The notes under the pieces are model-generated. The model was not told where the DNA came from and made no database searches. It worked only from the letters and a program-made list of their open reading frames with translations. A stretch of DNA of 64,000 nucleotides from positions 235,097-299,096 of the forward strand of contig DOZJ01000002.1 of assembly GCA_003518055.1 (NCBI GenBank). Direction: 5' to 3'. Positions within the stretch are counted from its first letter, which is position 1. Each line of letters starts with the position of its first letter. Below are positions 19,884 to 28,681 of the stretch, in pieces. A program made the translations under genes and the position numbers. The stretch comes from Candidatus Falkowbacteria bacterium. Its GTDB lineage: Bacteria > Patescibacteriota > Patescibacteriia > UBA11705.

Positions 19884-20207
19884 ATGGATGACAAGCAGCT
19901 CTTGGTTGATGGTTATGTTTTCATTTTTTCCGGTTTCCAGCTTGGCTCTGCTCGTGATTGGGTTTGTTTTAGTCTTGAATGCGAGGGCGTCGAAGTTAGA
20001 CTGCTCGATGATAATCTGAGTGGCGTGAGTGTCAATCGCGACCGAAAAAAACCAATGATCACGATGCGGGTTAATCACTCGCCGCTTCCGATTGTTGTCG
20101 CCGGCCGGACATTCAGACTCATGTTCTCTGATAACTACGCTGGTGCAGCGTTGAAGTGGTTGGATGATGAGGGGTTCTCAAACGTTTTAGTATCAATTCC
20201 ATTTTGA
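19884..20207 (+). CDS. Hypothetical protein with a strong SD
   Basis: GAGGAGGGGG lies 10 nt upstream of the ATG. 107-aa ORF. Confidence 0.5.
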   Translation: MDDKQLLVDGYVFIFSGFQLGSARDWVCFSLECEGVEVRLLDDNLSGVSVNRDRKKPMITMRVNHSPLPIVVAGRTFRLMFSDNYAGAALKWLDDEGFSNVLVSIPF

Positions 20208-20493
20208 TGGTCTTATAGTCGATTAACAATCGGCTTTTTTGATTAAAATAATTTCGTTAATGTAAATTTCAAGCAGTCCGTGTGTTAAATAATTTAAACA
20301 GCTACATCCAAGCCAATACTATTTTTGTAAAATTTGCAGCGTCCGGTACCGCATGTTGGGTGGGTATATTTGTAATGTTTGTATTGATATGTAAATTTGT
20401 ATCCCAAGATTTGTAAATTACAAAACCCGCCAAATCTTTGACGGGTTGTCGAAGCGGCGCGTGGCGCCGCGGAGTTGGGGATATCAGACAAGA

Positions 20494-20637
20494 AAGAGGA
20501 TGAGGATCATGAGGCCGATCAGCGTGCCGATTCCCGAAAGGTGGATCAACATCACTGTCGCGTTAGTTTCCATCCTCAACTCGGCGAATGCTTGTTCGTG
20601 TTTTGTCATGTTTATCTCCCAGATTGCACAGCGTTAG
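20494..20637 (-). CDS. Candidate 47-aa hydrophobic peptide, below the ORF-track length cutoff
   Basis: Read on the minus strand: GGAG-N6-ATG, then MTKHEQAFAELRMETNATVMLIHLSGIGTLIGLMILILFLV-stop, followed by GC hairpins and a T-run (terminator-like). It starts 10 nt downstream of the upstream lipoprotein stop. Confidence 0.35.
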
Positions 20638-20646
20638 TGAACTTGG

Positions 20647-21498
20647 TCACTTGGGTGGAGCGGTCTTTCCGTCCCACGCGAGTTGGTCGAACATCGACTG
20701 CCAGAAGTCGTCTTTGTTTTCCGACTCGTCGACGTTCGGCTGCTGGGCGTCTGTTACGATCTCGGTCTCCGGCGCCAGGCAGTAGCCGCGCATTTCGCCG
20801 CAGCTCTGATCACTGGCGCATTGCCAGGTGACCCGGACTCCAGCGTCTTCACGCTGGCACAGAACCGGACCGACCATCTTAACGAGTTCGGCGGGGAGGT
20901 CGTCGTATTGTTCGCAGTCAATGTTGACTTTGAGTACGGAGAACTGCGAGATCCTGCGCTGCACGATCATGTTTCCGTGGCCGCAGATCAAACTCCCCAT
21001 GCTATCCCCGAGAGAGTACGTTCTTTCGAGCACGGTCTCGTGCTTCTCGACATCGAAATTGAATTGGGGATAAAGCTCGATGGTTCGAGTGACCACGCCG
21101 TTGTAATTCACGGCGTACTTGGTCTCGTACACGCGCTTCTCGTCCTTGTCGAAGCAGACGACTCGGTAGATCTTCTCGTTGTACTCATCCGGCGCCGTCA
21201 GCGTCTGGGTGCTCGTGCCTTCCGGACACGGCGGATGGATCTTCTGGATCGCTTCGGGCATCTCGGTCTGCGAGGTGACGCACCCCGACCCGAAGGTCGT
21301 GAGCAGGACGATGAACCCGAAGACGACCGCGGCCACGAAACAGCTGTACCACTCGTTCTTGCGCGTCATGATTTCATGTCCCTTTCCAAGGGGTGAATGG
21401 ATGACTAGAGACTGATTTAAGGAACTTAATTCACTATTATACCATATATTAAAGGAAAAATCAATAGTAACAGCCATTTTATAGCTTAGATTAGGCAA
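20647..21498 (-). CDS. Predicted lipoprotein, Cys-containing, GC-rich
   Basis: TM/lipobox LLTTFGSGC (the likely start is MTRKNEW, internal to the ORF). C-terminal CASDQSCGEMRGYC motif. GC content far above the genome background. The antisense ORF 20683-21396 is a GC artefact. Confidence 0.55.
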   Translation of the reverse strand: MPNLSYKMAVTIDFSFNIWYNSELSSLNQSLVIHSPLGKGHEIMTRKNEWYSCFVAAVVFGFIVLLTTFGSGCVTSQTEMPEAIQKIHPPCPEGTSTQTLTAPDEYNEKIYRVVCFDKDEKRVYETKYAVNYNGVVTRTIELYPQFNFDVEKHETVLERTYSLGDSMGSLICGHGNMIVQRRISQFSVLKVNIDCEQYDDLPAELVKMVGPVLCQREDAGVRVTWQCASDQSCGEMRGYCLAPETEIVTDAQQPNVDESENKDDFWQSMFDQLAWDGKTAPPK

Positions 21499-21583
21499 AA
21501 TATCTATTGACTTATTGACAGAATAAGCCGAATCAGCTATAATTTACTGTTTGTAGTCCAAACCACCAAGAGGAGGCCATATC

Positions 21584-22264
21584 ATGAATATTATCTTTCG
21601 GTCAGCTCTAATTTTTGGGGTGATTCTCCTCAGTAATATGGATGCAAGAGCTGATCTCCCGGGATCCATGAAGCGAATCTGCGCTCGGCAATGTCATGAG
21701 CCGGTTTATACCATTGAAATTCCGGCCGGTGAAATTCTGCTCGATCCGAGTGTGGGCTGTGTGGCTGGTTTGTATCATCAATGCAGCGCCGTGCTTGCTG
21801 TGGTGCAAGGTGATGGTACAGCTTTGCAATTTGCATTGAGAATGAGGTCAGATATCTGTCTGCGCGAGGAGATCATTTCCGGTCAGATTCAGGTTGTCTC
21901 TTGCGATTCAATGGTGAAAGGGCGCACATTGAAGTTTCTGGCGCCATCAGTCGGCGGCCGAGAGATTCAATGGACGGATTTGCCGGAGTTGATTGATCAT
22001 GAATGGCTGACGGATCTGGATGCCGATGGTGATCATCGGATTCGATTGGAGTGGGTAAAGGTCAAATCGGTTTTCAAACCCAAGCCCCGGCCCGGAGCTG
22101 AGGATCGCGAGACAGATCAGCTTGATGGTTTCACGACGGTTGATATTGCCGGCGTCAGACCGGTTTCCACCACCCTGGAATGCGATTGTCAGGCGTATTG
22201 GCAGGAGGTCCCCAAACCGACTCGAATCAAGGTTCGGTTTGTTCGTGGCCAATTTAAGGATTAG
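21584..22264 (+). CDS. Secreted hypothetical protein
   Basis: Strong SD AGAGGAGG. Signal peptide MNIIFRSALIFGVILLSNMDARA. GC-rich. Confidence 0.5.
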   Translation: MNIIFRSALIFGVILLSNMDARADLPGSMKRICARQCHEPVYTIEIPAGEILLDPSVGCVAGLYHQCSAVLAVVQGDGTALQFALRMRSDICLREEIISGQIQVVSCDSMVKGRTLKFLAPSVGGREIQWTDLPELIDHEWLTDLDADGDHRIRLEWVKVKSVFKPKPRPGAEDRETDQLDGFTTVDIAGVRPVSTTLECDCQAYWQEVPKPTRIKVRFVRGQFKD

Positions 22265-22327
22265 GAGTTATGCTAAGAGTCTGAAATCAGACTCGTTTTT
22301 ATTCTAAAAGATGAAGATGCGCCATGA

Positions 22328-23074
22328 TTGACAAAACGAAGGATATCCACTATAATTATTTGTTTGCTGCACACCCCAACCAGGAGGAGACAAATCATGG
22401 AAAACGCAGTTGATCGTTGGCATCGTTTTGAAGGTGATTTTATGGGAGCTTACTGCCGCCTCATGGCGACATTGGCAGTCATTCTGCTGATCGTGGTCCT
22501 CTGTATTGTTAGTTTCACTCGTCCGGTTAGTGCAGACGAGTCTCCTTTCTCACGCTGGAATGGCATGCAGTTTCAGACCAACCTTGGCGGCCGGCTGGGG
22601 CTGGTGGATACTCTGACCGGAGTGACCACTCTCAATCATTTTCATCTGCCCGAAGCCGATGTCAGCCAGCTGTTCTGGTACACCGGAGTTGATTGGAAGC
22701 CGACTGATTGGCTGTCCGTCTCACCCCGAGTGGGCATGACCGCAAAATTCTCGGCTGACGGCCAAGATATGTTTCTGGCATCACTCTGGCTGACGCTGAC
22801 ACCGGTTGATTATTTTTCCGTTTTTGTCGAGGGGGATTTCTATCTCAATGATGATCAGTATGATTATTACGGTTATTACGCGCTGGATTTTCTGACCGGT
22901 TCGCTTTTCAACGTGGGCTTCCAGGCCGAGGAAGTGAACCGCCTTGTAATCTTTGGCGCTCATGTTGGGACGTCCGTCGGAGTTTGGCACATCGAAGTCC
23001 AGTACTACACCGGATTGCAAGCTGAAAATTACGGCCATTCGGTCCGTCTGCTCAATGTCATCACTTTCGAATAA
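22328..23074 (+). CDS. Secreted hypothetical protein, beta-rich, possibly a barrel-like fold
   Basis: The likely start is MENAVDRWH (22395), preceded by AGGAGGAG. Signal/TM MATLAVILLIVVLCIVSF. Alternating hydrophobic pattern with an aromatic C-terminus. Confidence 0.45.
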   Translation: MTKRRISTIIICLLHTPTRRRQIMENAVDRWHRFEGDFMGAYCRLMATLAVILLIVVLCIVSFTRPVSADESPFSRWNGMQFQTNLGGRLGLVDTLTGVTTLNHFHLPEADVSQLFWYTGVDWKPTDWLSVSPRVGMTAKFSADGQDMFLASLWLTLTPVDYFSVFVEGDFYLNDDQYDYYGYYALDFLTGSLFNVGFQAEEVNRLVIFGAHVGTSVGVWHIEVQYYTGLQAENYGHSVRLLNVITFE

Positions 23075-23109
23075 CCACGACGCAGCACCGCCATAAAAGG
23101 AGGCAGTCA

Positions 23110-23490
23110 ATGAACCAGTCGGCCGCTGATCTGCATTTTGATGTTATCTATCTTGTCGTGGCGGCCTGCGATCTGGAGCGGCTTCGAAATGGTGAGTTCC
23201 TCCTTCCCCCTGTGCCGGCTTCGAATCTGATTTCCGAGCATCTGCGCGGCATCAAGACTCGAGATTGTATCAGGTTGACCCTGGAAATTTCCAAAAATCA
23301 TCGCGTTTTTGGCGGCTCGTTGATCTCTCGACTGTCCCCTGATTATCGGTCAGCGCTTGGCGCCAAGTATATGTTGAAGAATTTCTCAGAAACCTCGCCG
23401 ATTACGCCAGCCTATCTCAGTAGATTCGAGCGGGAAGATCGTGAAAAGATCGAGGCGCTGATGGCCGAGCTTGATAGCGAATTGGAGTGA
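23110..23490 (+). CDS. Hypothetical protein
   Basis: SD AAAGGAGG upstream. 126 aa. Confidence 0.45.
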   Translation: MNQSAADLHFDVIYLVVAACDLERLRNGEFLLPPVPASNLISEHLRGIKTRDCIRLTLEISKNHRVFGGSLISRLSPDYRSALGAKYMLKNFSETSPITPAYLSRFEREDREKIEALMAELDSELE

Positions 23491-23515
23491 GTGTTGATTA
23501 AACATCCTAACAGGG

Positions 23516-24283
23516 GTGTTTTTTTGTTGTCAAAATCAGCTGATTGTTATATTCTGGTTAATGGATAAACCGAAATTTATTGAAATTAAGAAATTAGGAA
23601 ATTCGTCGGTAGCCAATGAATTTCAATCAATTTCTACTAATTTCTCGCCGAAGGACGAATTCGTCCTATGGCGAACAACTAATTTCATTTTTAATTGTTA
23701 TATCATGAATATCCGCTTAATATTTTTTCAGCTGTTGGCGCCGATTTATGATTGGCTGCACTTTGCCAGCGTCGGCCGCACCGTTGCTGCTTTGCGGGTG
23801 TTGAATTTTCTGGGCCACGACAAAAAAGTTTTGGATCTTGGCGGCGGCACCGGCCGGCTTGCGCTTCGAATTAAAAATATGGTTGGCTCCCTTACCGTTG
23901 TAGACGCTTCAACCTCAATGTTGAAAGTCTGCCGGCGGCGCGGCTTGGACTGTCATTTGGGTTTGGCCGAGCAGATTCCTTTTCAGAAAAATTATTTTGA
24001 TTCCGTTGTTATCGTTGACGCCTGGCATCATTTTCCCGAACCGGAATCAGCCCTGAGAGAAATCAGCCGCGTACTCAAACCGGGCGGCCGGATATTTATC
24101 GAAGAAGTTAATCCGAGCAGTATTTTTGGTTGGTTGTTAAAATCAGTGGAAAATATTTTGCTTATGCGCAGCCGCTTTTATCATCCGGCCGACCTGTCGG
24201 CGTTGATGACCCGTCATTTTTCAGCCGTCGAAATTGTAAAATCAAACCCAAGGTTTTATTATGTGATCGGAACGAAGCATTAG
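23516..24283 (+). CDS. Class I SAM-dependent methyltransferase (Methyltransf_11-like)
   Basis: Motif I VLDLGGGTGRLAL, motif post-II VIVDAWHHF and LKPGGRIFIEE. The true start is probably MNIRLIFF at 23705, downstream of the hairpin repeat element. Confidence 0.75.
   Translation: MFFCCQNQLIVIFWLMDKPKFIEIKKLGNSSVANEFQSISTNFSPKDEFVLWRTTNFIFNCYIMNIRLIFFQLLAPIYDWLHFASVGRTVAALRVLNFLGHDKKVLDLGGGTGRLALRIKNMVGSLTVVDASTSMLKVCRRRGLDCHLGLAEQIPFQKNYFDSVVIVDAWHHFPEPESALREISRVLKPGGRIFIEEVNPSSIFGWLLKSVENILLMRSRFYHPADLSALMTRHFSAVEIVKSNPRFYYVIGTKH
23591..23688. repeat. Hairpin repeat element (copy 1), with an inverted partial copy upstream
   Basis: TAATTTCTCGCCGAAGGACGA-att-CGTCCTATGGCG (12-bp stem with one mismatch), preceded by the reverse-complement fragment GAAATTAGGAAATTCGTCGG. 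A near-identical copy lies at 49446-49507. Confidence 0.6.
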
Positions 24284-24392
24284 GGCGGGAATGACACAGC
24301 ATATGCTTAGATCCTGAAATAAATTCAGGATGACACGCAGATAGGATCTCCCCGAATATAAAGAGTACGATTGCTGTTTTTCATTTTATCGT

Positions 24393-25265
24393 TTGCTGCT
24401 GTACTCGCTGTACTCGCTTTACTTGCTTTACTCGCTTTACTCGCTTTACTTGCTTTACTCGCTTTACTCGCTTATAACTTATCTCGCTTATTCTATGATT
24501 GGTGTTTTTGACTCCGGTCTCGGCGGTCTGACCGTGCTCAAAGAATTGATCGCCCAAAATCCGACCGAAGATTATCTGTATCTCGGTGACACAGCTCATC
24601 TGCCATACGGCAATCGTTCGGCTGAAAATATTTATGAATTAACGCGAACAGCGGTAGGTTTTTTATTTAATAATGGCGCTGGCAAAGTTATTATCGCCTG
24701 CAACACCGCCTCGGCCAAAGCCTTACCTAGATTAGAAAAAAAATATTCGGAAAAAGTGATCGGTGTGATTGATCCGGTGGTTGAATATTTCGCGTCTTTG
24801 CCGGTGACTCGAATCGGGGTAATCGGTACGCGGGCGACGATTGGCTCGGATATTTATCATCAAGAAATAAAAAAAATGGCGCCGGCAAAAGAGATTTTTT
24901 CCATTGCAGCGCCGCTTCTGGTTCCGTTGGTCGAGGAAGATTTCAGCCATCGGCCGGAAACGGAGAGCATTTTACGGGAATATCTAAATGTGTTAAAATT
25001 GAACAAAGTTGAAGCCCTGATTTTGGGCTGCACTCATTATCCTATGCTGCTTGAAGTGGTCAAAAAGATTATGGGTGCGGAATGCCTGGTACCGAATCCC
25101 GCTGCCATTGTGGCTGAGGCCACGGCCAAAAGGTGGAACCTTGACGGTTCTCTCGGGCGTGAAGGCCGCCGCCGGTATCTCGTGACTGACTTGACTGCCA
25201 ATTTTGAAATCGCGGCTGAGCGGTTTTTGGGGCATAAAATTCATTTGGAGAAGATAAATTTATAA
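24393..25265 (+). CDS. murI: Glutamate racemase MurI
   Basis: GVFDSGLGGLTVL N-terminal motif, the active-site Cys regions (IIACNTAS, ILGCTHYP) and a length of about 257 aa from the true start MIGVFDSG at about 24495. The ORF-track N-terminal extension is translated repeat DNA. Confidence 0.9.
   Translation: MLLYSLYSLYLLYSLYSLYLLYSLYSLITYLAYSMIGVFDSGLGGLTVLKELIAQNPTEDYLYLGDTAHLPYGNRSAENIYELTRTAVGFLFNNGAGKVIIACNTASAKALPRLEKKYSEKVIGVIDPVVEYFASLPVTRIGVIGTRATIGSDIYHQEIKKMAPAKEIFSIAAPLLVPLVEEDFSHRPETESILREYLNVLKLNKVEALILGCTHYPMLLEVVKKIMGAECLVPNPAAIVAEATAKRWNLDGSLGREGRRRYLVTDLTANFEIAAERFLGHKIHLEKINL
24399..24470. repeat. Tandem repeat, 8 units of the 9-bp CT[GT]TACT[CT]G
   Basis: ctgtactcg ctgtactcg ctttacttg ctttactcg ctttactcg ctttacttg ctttactcg ctttactcg, immediately upstream of the murI start. 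Confidence 0.85.
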
Positions 25266-25356
25266 GTTTGTTTTGTTATCGTAACTATATTTAAATAAAC
25301 GATTATTCCCCGCGGACCGACTTTGTCCGACTTCTTACTCTTAATAAAATTGGATT

Positions 25357-26490
25357 ATGTTATTAACTATTATCGTCTTTGTTTTGGTTCTGGGCCTGTT
25401 GGTTTTCGCTCATGAGCTGGGACATTATTGGACGGCAAAAAAACTCGGGGTCAAAGCCGAAGAATTTGGTTTTGGGCTTCCGCCTCGGGCTTTTGGCTGG
25501 AAAAAAGTTGGCGGCAAACGCCGGTTTTTCTGGGGCAATGGCGATGTCAACGAATTGAAATCCGAAGACACGGTTTGGTCTATTAATTGGCTGCCTCTTG
25601 GCGGCTTTGTCAAAATTAAAGGCGAAGACGGAGAGAATTCTGATGGCGATAGCTTTGCCGTTCAAAAAGCTTGGAAGCGAATCGTGATTTTGAGCGCCGG
25701 CGTCTTTATGAACTTTGTCCTAGCGATGATCCTGCTGTCAGCTGTCTTCATTATCGGGGCGCCGCAAATTGTGGATACTGATCGCGCCAAGGCTGAGGTG
25801 ACTGATTCCAAAATTCAAATTTTACAGGTTATGCCTGATACCCCGGCCGCGGCTGCCGGCCTGCAAATGGGTGATGTGATTCTCGATGTGAATGATCAAG
25901 TGTTTTATTCAACCGAAGAAGCGAGTTCATATATTTCCACCCATCGTCAAGACACCTTGGTTCTGACTGTGCTGCGTTTGGGCAGCGATGAAACAATGGA
26001 AGTTGAGATTCCCGCCATTTCCGCCGCTGAGGCTGATCTGAAAATCGGTGTCGCGTTGATAAAGTCGGGGATTGTTAAATATCCATGGTATGAAGCGATT
26101 TGGCTCGGTGTCAAATCCACGGTGCTGATGACTGGCGCGATTTTGGTGGCTTTTGGCACTATTATAAAAAATCTGTTTGTCGGTTTACCGGCCGGCTTGG
26201 AAATCTCCGGTCCGGTTGGAATTGCCGTGATGACCGGCCAAGCGGCGCGCATGGGCGTGGTTTACATCTTACAATTCACCGCTTTGTTATCTATCAACCT
26301 CGCGATCCTCAACTTCCTGCCTTTCCCGGCGCTGGATGGCGGCCGTGTCCTATTTGTCTTGATTGAAAAAATCCGCCGCAAACCAATGAATCAAAAAATT
26401 GAGAATATTATCCACGCGGTTGGTTTCATCCTGCTGATTCTTTTGCTGGTGGTTGTCACCGGTCGAGATATTTGGCGCGCGTGGTTTTGA
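25357..26490 (+). CDS. rseP: RIP metalloprotease RseP (site-2 protease, M50) with a PDZ domain
   Basis: HELGHYWTAKKLG zinc motif in TM1, a central PDZ domain (GLQMGDVILDVNDQ) and a C-terminal LDGG motif. Confidence 0.9.
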   Translation: MLLTIIVFVLVLGLLVFAHELGHYWTAKKLGVKAEEFGFGLPPRAFGWKKVGGKRRFFWGNGDVNELKSEDTVWSINWLPLGGFVKIKGEDGENSDGDSFAVQKAWKRIVILSAGVFMNFVLAMILLSAVFIIGAPQIVDTDRAKAEVTDSKIQILQVMPDTPAAAAGLQMGDVILDVNDQVFYSTEEASSYISTHRQDTLVLTVLRLGSDETMEVEIPAISAAEADLKIGVALIKSGIVKYPWYEAIWLGVKSTVLMTGAILVAFGTIIKNLFVGLPAGLEISGPVGIAVMTGQAARMGVVYILQFTALLSINLAILNFLPFPALDGGRVLFVLIEKIRRKPMNQKIENIIHAVGFILLILLLVVVTGRDIWRAWF

Positions 26491-26521
26491 TGAATGAAAA
26501 AAAAACTATAGTTGTCATTTT

Positions 26522-27244
26522 ATGCCTCAACCAAAGACAAAAAACAAACCGGCCATTGTGTCCGGCGGTCTAGCGATTTTCTTCGCCCTGCTTTTGGCGG
26601 CGGTGGGCTACCTTTTATATCTAGTTAATCAAAACTTACAGCAAGTGCGATCCGATGTGTTTAATGTCAAGGCTACCGTCGGCGAACAGCAAAAAAACGT
26701 TGACGAAATCGAGGCGTCAGCTTCGGTTCCGACTGAATCAGCGGTTATACCTGAGCCGTCATTATATATCAACCGCCGACTGGGGCTGCAATTTTTTATT
26801 CCCGCCTCGATCGATGTCAAGGGTGGAATAATCGAGGATAAAGATTTATTGCTCTTCGGGCCGGTTGAGGAAATAACCGGAGTATCTCTGCCCAAATATT
26901 CCCTGCGCTATTATCCGGCGCAAACATTTGATGATTATTTGAACCGGATTCGATTCGTCGGTGAAGACTGCGATCAGCCGGACGCGTGTTTGCTTTTTGA
27001 TTTTGAATATTCAAAAATCGATTCTGATCGGACCGCGGCCATTGCCAAAATTGTTGAGCCGGTTAATTTGCCCGGGTTAAAGGCTTGGCGCTTCGCGCTG
27101 AATGACACCTGTCTTATCCCGACCGTTATCGTCTTTGATGAAAAAAACAATCGGATGCTGGAATTCCAAGAACATTGCGCGTCGGATCAAAATGAAAAAT
27201 ACAAAGTTATTGATTCGATTGTCCGCACTTTGATTTTGTTGTAG
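26522..27244 (+). CDS. Hypothetical membrane-anchored protein
   Basis: N-terminal TM helix (GGLAIFFALLLAAVGYLLYLV). No other motifs. Confidence 0.45.
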   Translation: MPQPKTKNKPAIVSGGLAIFFALLLAAVGYLLYLVNQNLQQVRSDVFNVKATVGEQQKNVDEIEASASVPTESAVIPEPSLYINRRLGLQFFIPASIDVKGGIIEDKDLLLFGPVEEITGVSLPKYSLRYYPAQTFDDYLNRIRFVGEDCDQPDACLLFDFEYSKIDSDRTAAIAKIVEPVNLPGLKAWRFALNDTCLIPTVIVFDEKNNRMLEFQEHCASDQNEKYKVIDSIVRTLILL

Positions 27245-27388
27245 GAATAAATGTGTTATAATAAAAATGAAAATAAAAATACAAAAAAGAGATCGGCTGA
27301 TTTGAGAGAAATAAGCGTTTGAGAAAAGTTTTTTTGCGCGTATTTCTTCTTTCACCCGTGTTTCTTATTTCTGCTAACAAAAATAAAT

Positions 27389-28096
27389 ATGCCGCGAACC
27401 ACAATACGAGGGGCAGCTTCGCGCGCCAAACGTCTTTTATCAAAAGAAAAATTATTGAATGCCGAAGTCGGATTTTTCCGCGGGCTCAGTATTTTTCTGG
27501 TTGTGATGCTGGTTATCATTTTCCTCAGTTTCAGCGCCTTGTTTGGCTTCATGTACATGGAGACCAAGATGATCAGGTTGCAATTGGCCAGAGTGTACAC
27601 TGAAATTTCTCCCTATCGAACCGAGGTGATTGCCGCTGACAATGATACTTCAACCGCGCCGGAGACTGATCAAACAGAAATTAACATCGATGATTGGCAG
27701 AGCTTTTCCAAATATGGTTTTTCCGTCAAATTCCCGGCAGACTGGACATATCGTGACAACCCATACGGTCATCGTGTTGATTTCTTCACCGATGGAGTAG
27801 TCCGAGGTTTGGAAAGTTCAGCTGCAGGTAGTTTTAATATCAACCTGACGGAAAAAGATAATTTTATTGATCAAGGATATGATAGTGAATTGTTGTACGT
27901 GGCAGGACAGCCAGCCCGAAAATATGTTTCATCCATACATAGTTCCGCACCGGAGGGTTCTCAGTATATACGTGTTGTTGTTCCCGGAGGCACTGGATAT
28001 TATGAATTAAATTTCATGATATCAGGCGGCAATGATAATCTGATAGCACCCGAGATTGTAGAAAAAATTCTTGATAATTTTACTTTGGTACAATAA
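27389..28096 (+). CDS. Hypothetical membrane-anchored protein
   Basis: N-terminal TM helix (IFLVVMLVIIFLSFSALFGFMYM). Confidence 0.45.
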   Translation: MPRTTIRGAASRAKRLLSKEKLLNAEVGFFRGLSIFLVVMLVIIFLSFSALFGFMYMETKMIRLQLARVYTEISPYRTEVIAADNDTSTAPETDQTEINIDDWQSFSKYGFSVKFPADWTYRDNPYGHRVDFFTDGVVRGLESSAAGSFNINLTEKDNFIDQGYDSELLYVAGQPARKYVSSIHSSAPEGSQYIRVVVPGGTGYYELNFMISGGNDNLIAPEIVEKILDNFTLVQ

Positions 28097-28178
28097 AAAA
28101 CGCCATAAAAAGAGTTCTCATTCGGAGAGCTCTTTTGTTATCTTGACGGTTTGCGCCAATTGATTTAAAATAAGCTGT

Positions 28179-28484
28179 TTGAACCCAAGAGGGAGCGGGA
28201 GGTTAGCCATGACTTTGGGACAGCTGCGTCGATTCATTACTGGTATTTTGGAAAAAGAAAATCAATATCCGCCGGCCCAATTTCAGCAGTTTTTGTTGTT
28301 TAGGGATGAGTTGATGATGGCGCTGGAGAATGATTTGGGGATAGTTAAGCGCCCCGGCGAGTCTTTTGACTCCTATTATCACAAGCTGGATCGCTATTCT
28401 TCGAGCTGGTCTCTGGGTTACTCCACGTCGCAGGTGGTCCGCAAAATGTCGGTTTTGATGGATGTCCCCGGCCCGGCTGGTTAA
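28179..28484 (+). CDS. Hypothetical protein (GC-rich islet)
   Basis: Likely start ATG 28209, preceded by GGGAGCGGGAGG. Confidence 0.4.
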   Translation: MNPRGSGRLAMTLGQLRRFITGILEKENQYPPAQFQQFLLFRDELMMALENDLGIVKRPGESFDSYYHKLDRYSSSWSLGYSTSQVVRKMSVLMDVPGPAG

Positions 28485-28681
28485 AAATTTCTCAAAGACG
28501 AAACCTCGTCTTTTTTTGTATTTATAGCTAAATAAGTGTAATTATTTCATTGTGGAGCTGCCCGCTACAAGCTAACAGCTGAAAGCTAGGAGGTGTAACG
28601 ATTGACTTTTTACATAAATTATGATATAATACTAAGTTACCAAATTGACAACTACCCGGCTGATTCCAGCCAACACGCCAC

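Noticed and set aside
20683-21396. Long antisense ORFs inside GC-rich genes (20683-21396 +, 28645-29112 +, 28652-29239 -, 20475-20831 +)
   Set aside because: They occur only where GC content is high, which suppresses stop codons on all frames. They lack ribosome-binding sites and have Arg/Ala/Gly-rich, low-complexity translations. The sense-strand lipoprotein genes have proper signal peptides and SDs.
24381-24599. Minus-strand ORF encoding VKRVKQVKRVKRV... and the N-terminal LYSLYSLYLL extension of murI
   Set aside because: Both are translations of the 9-bp tandem repeat array. MurI homology starts at MIGVFDSGLGG (about 24495).
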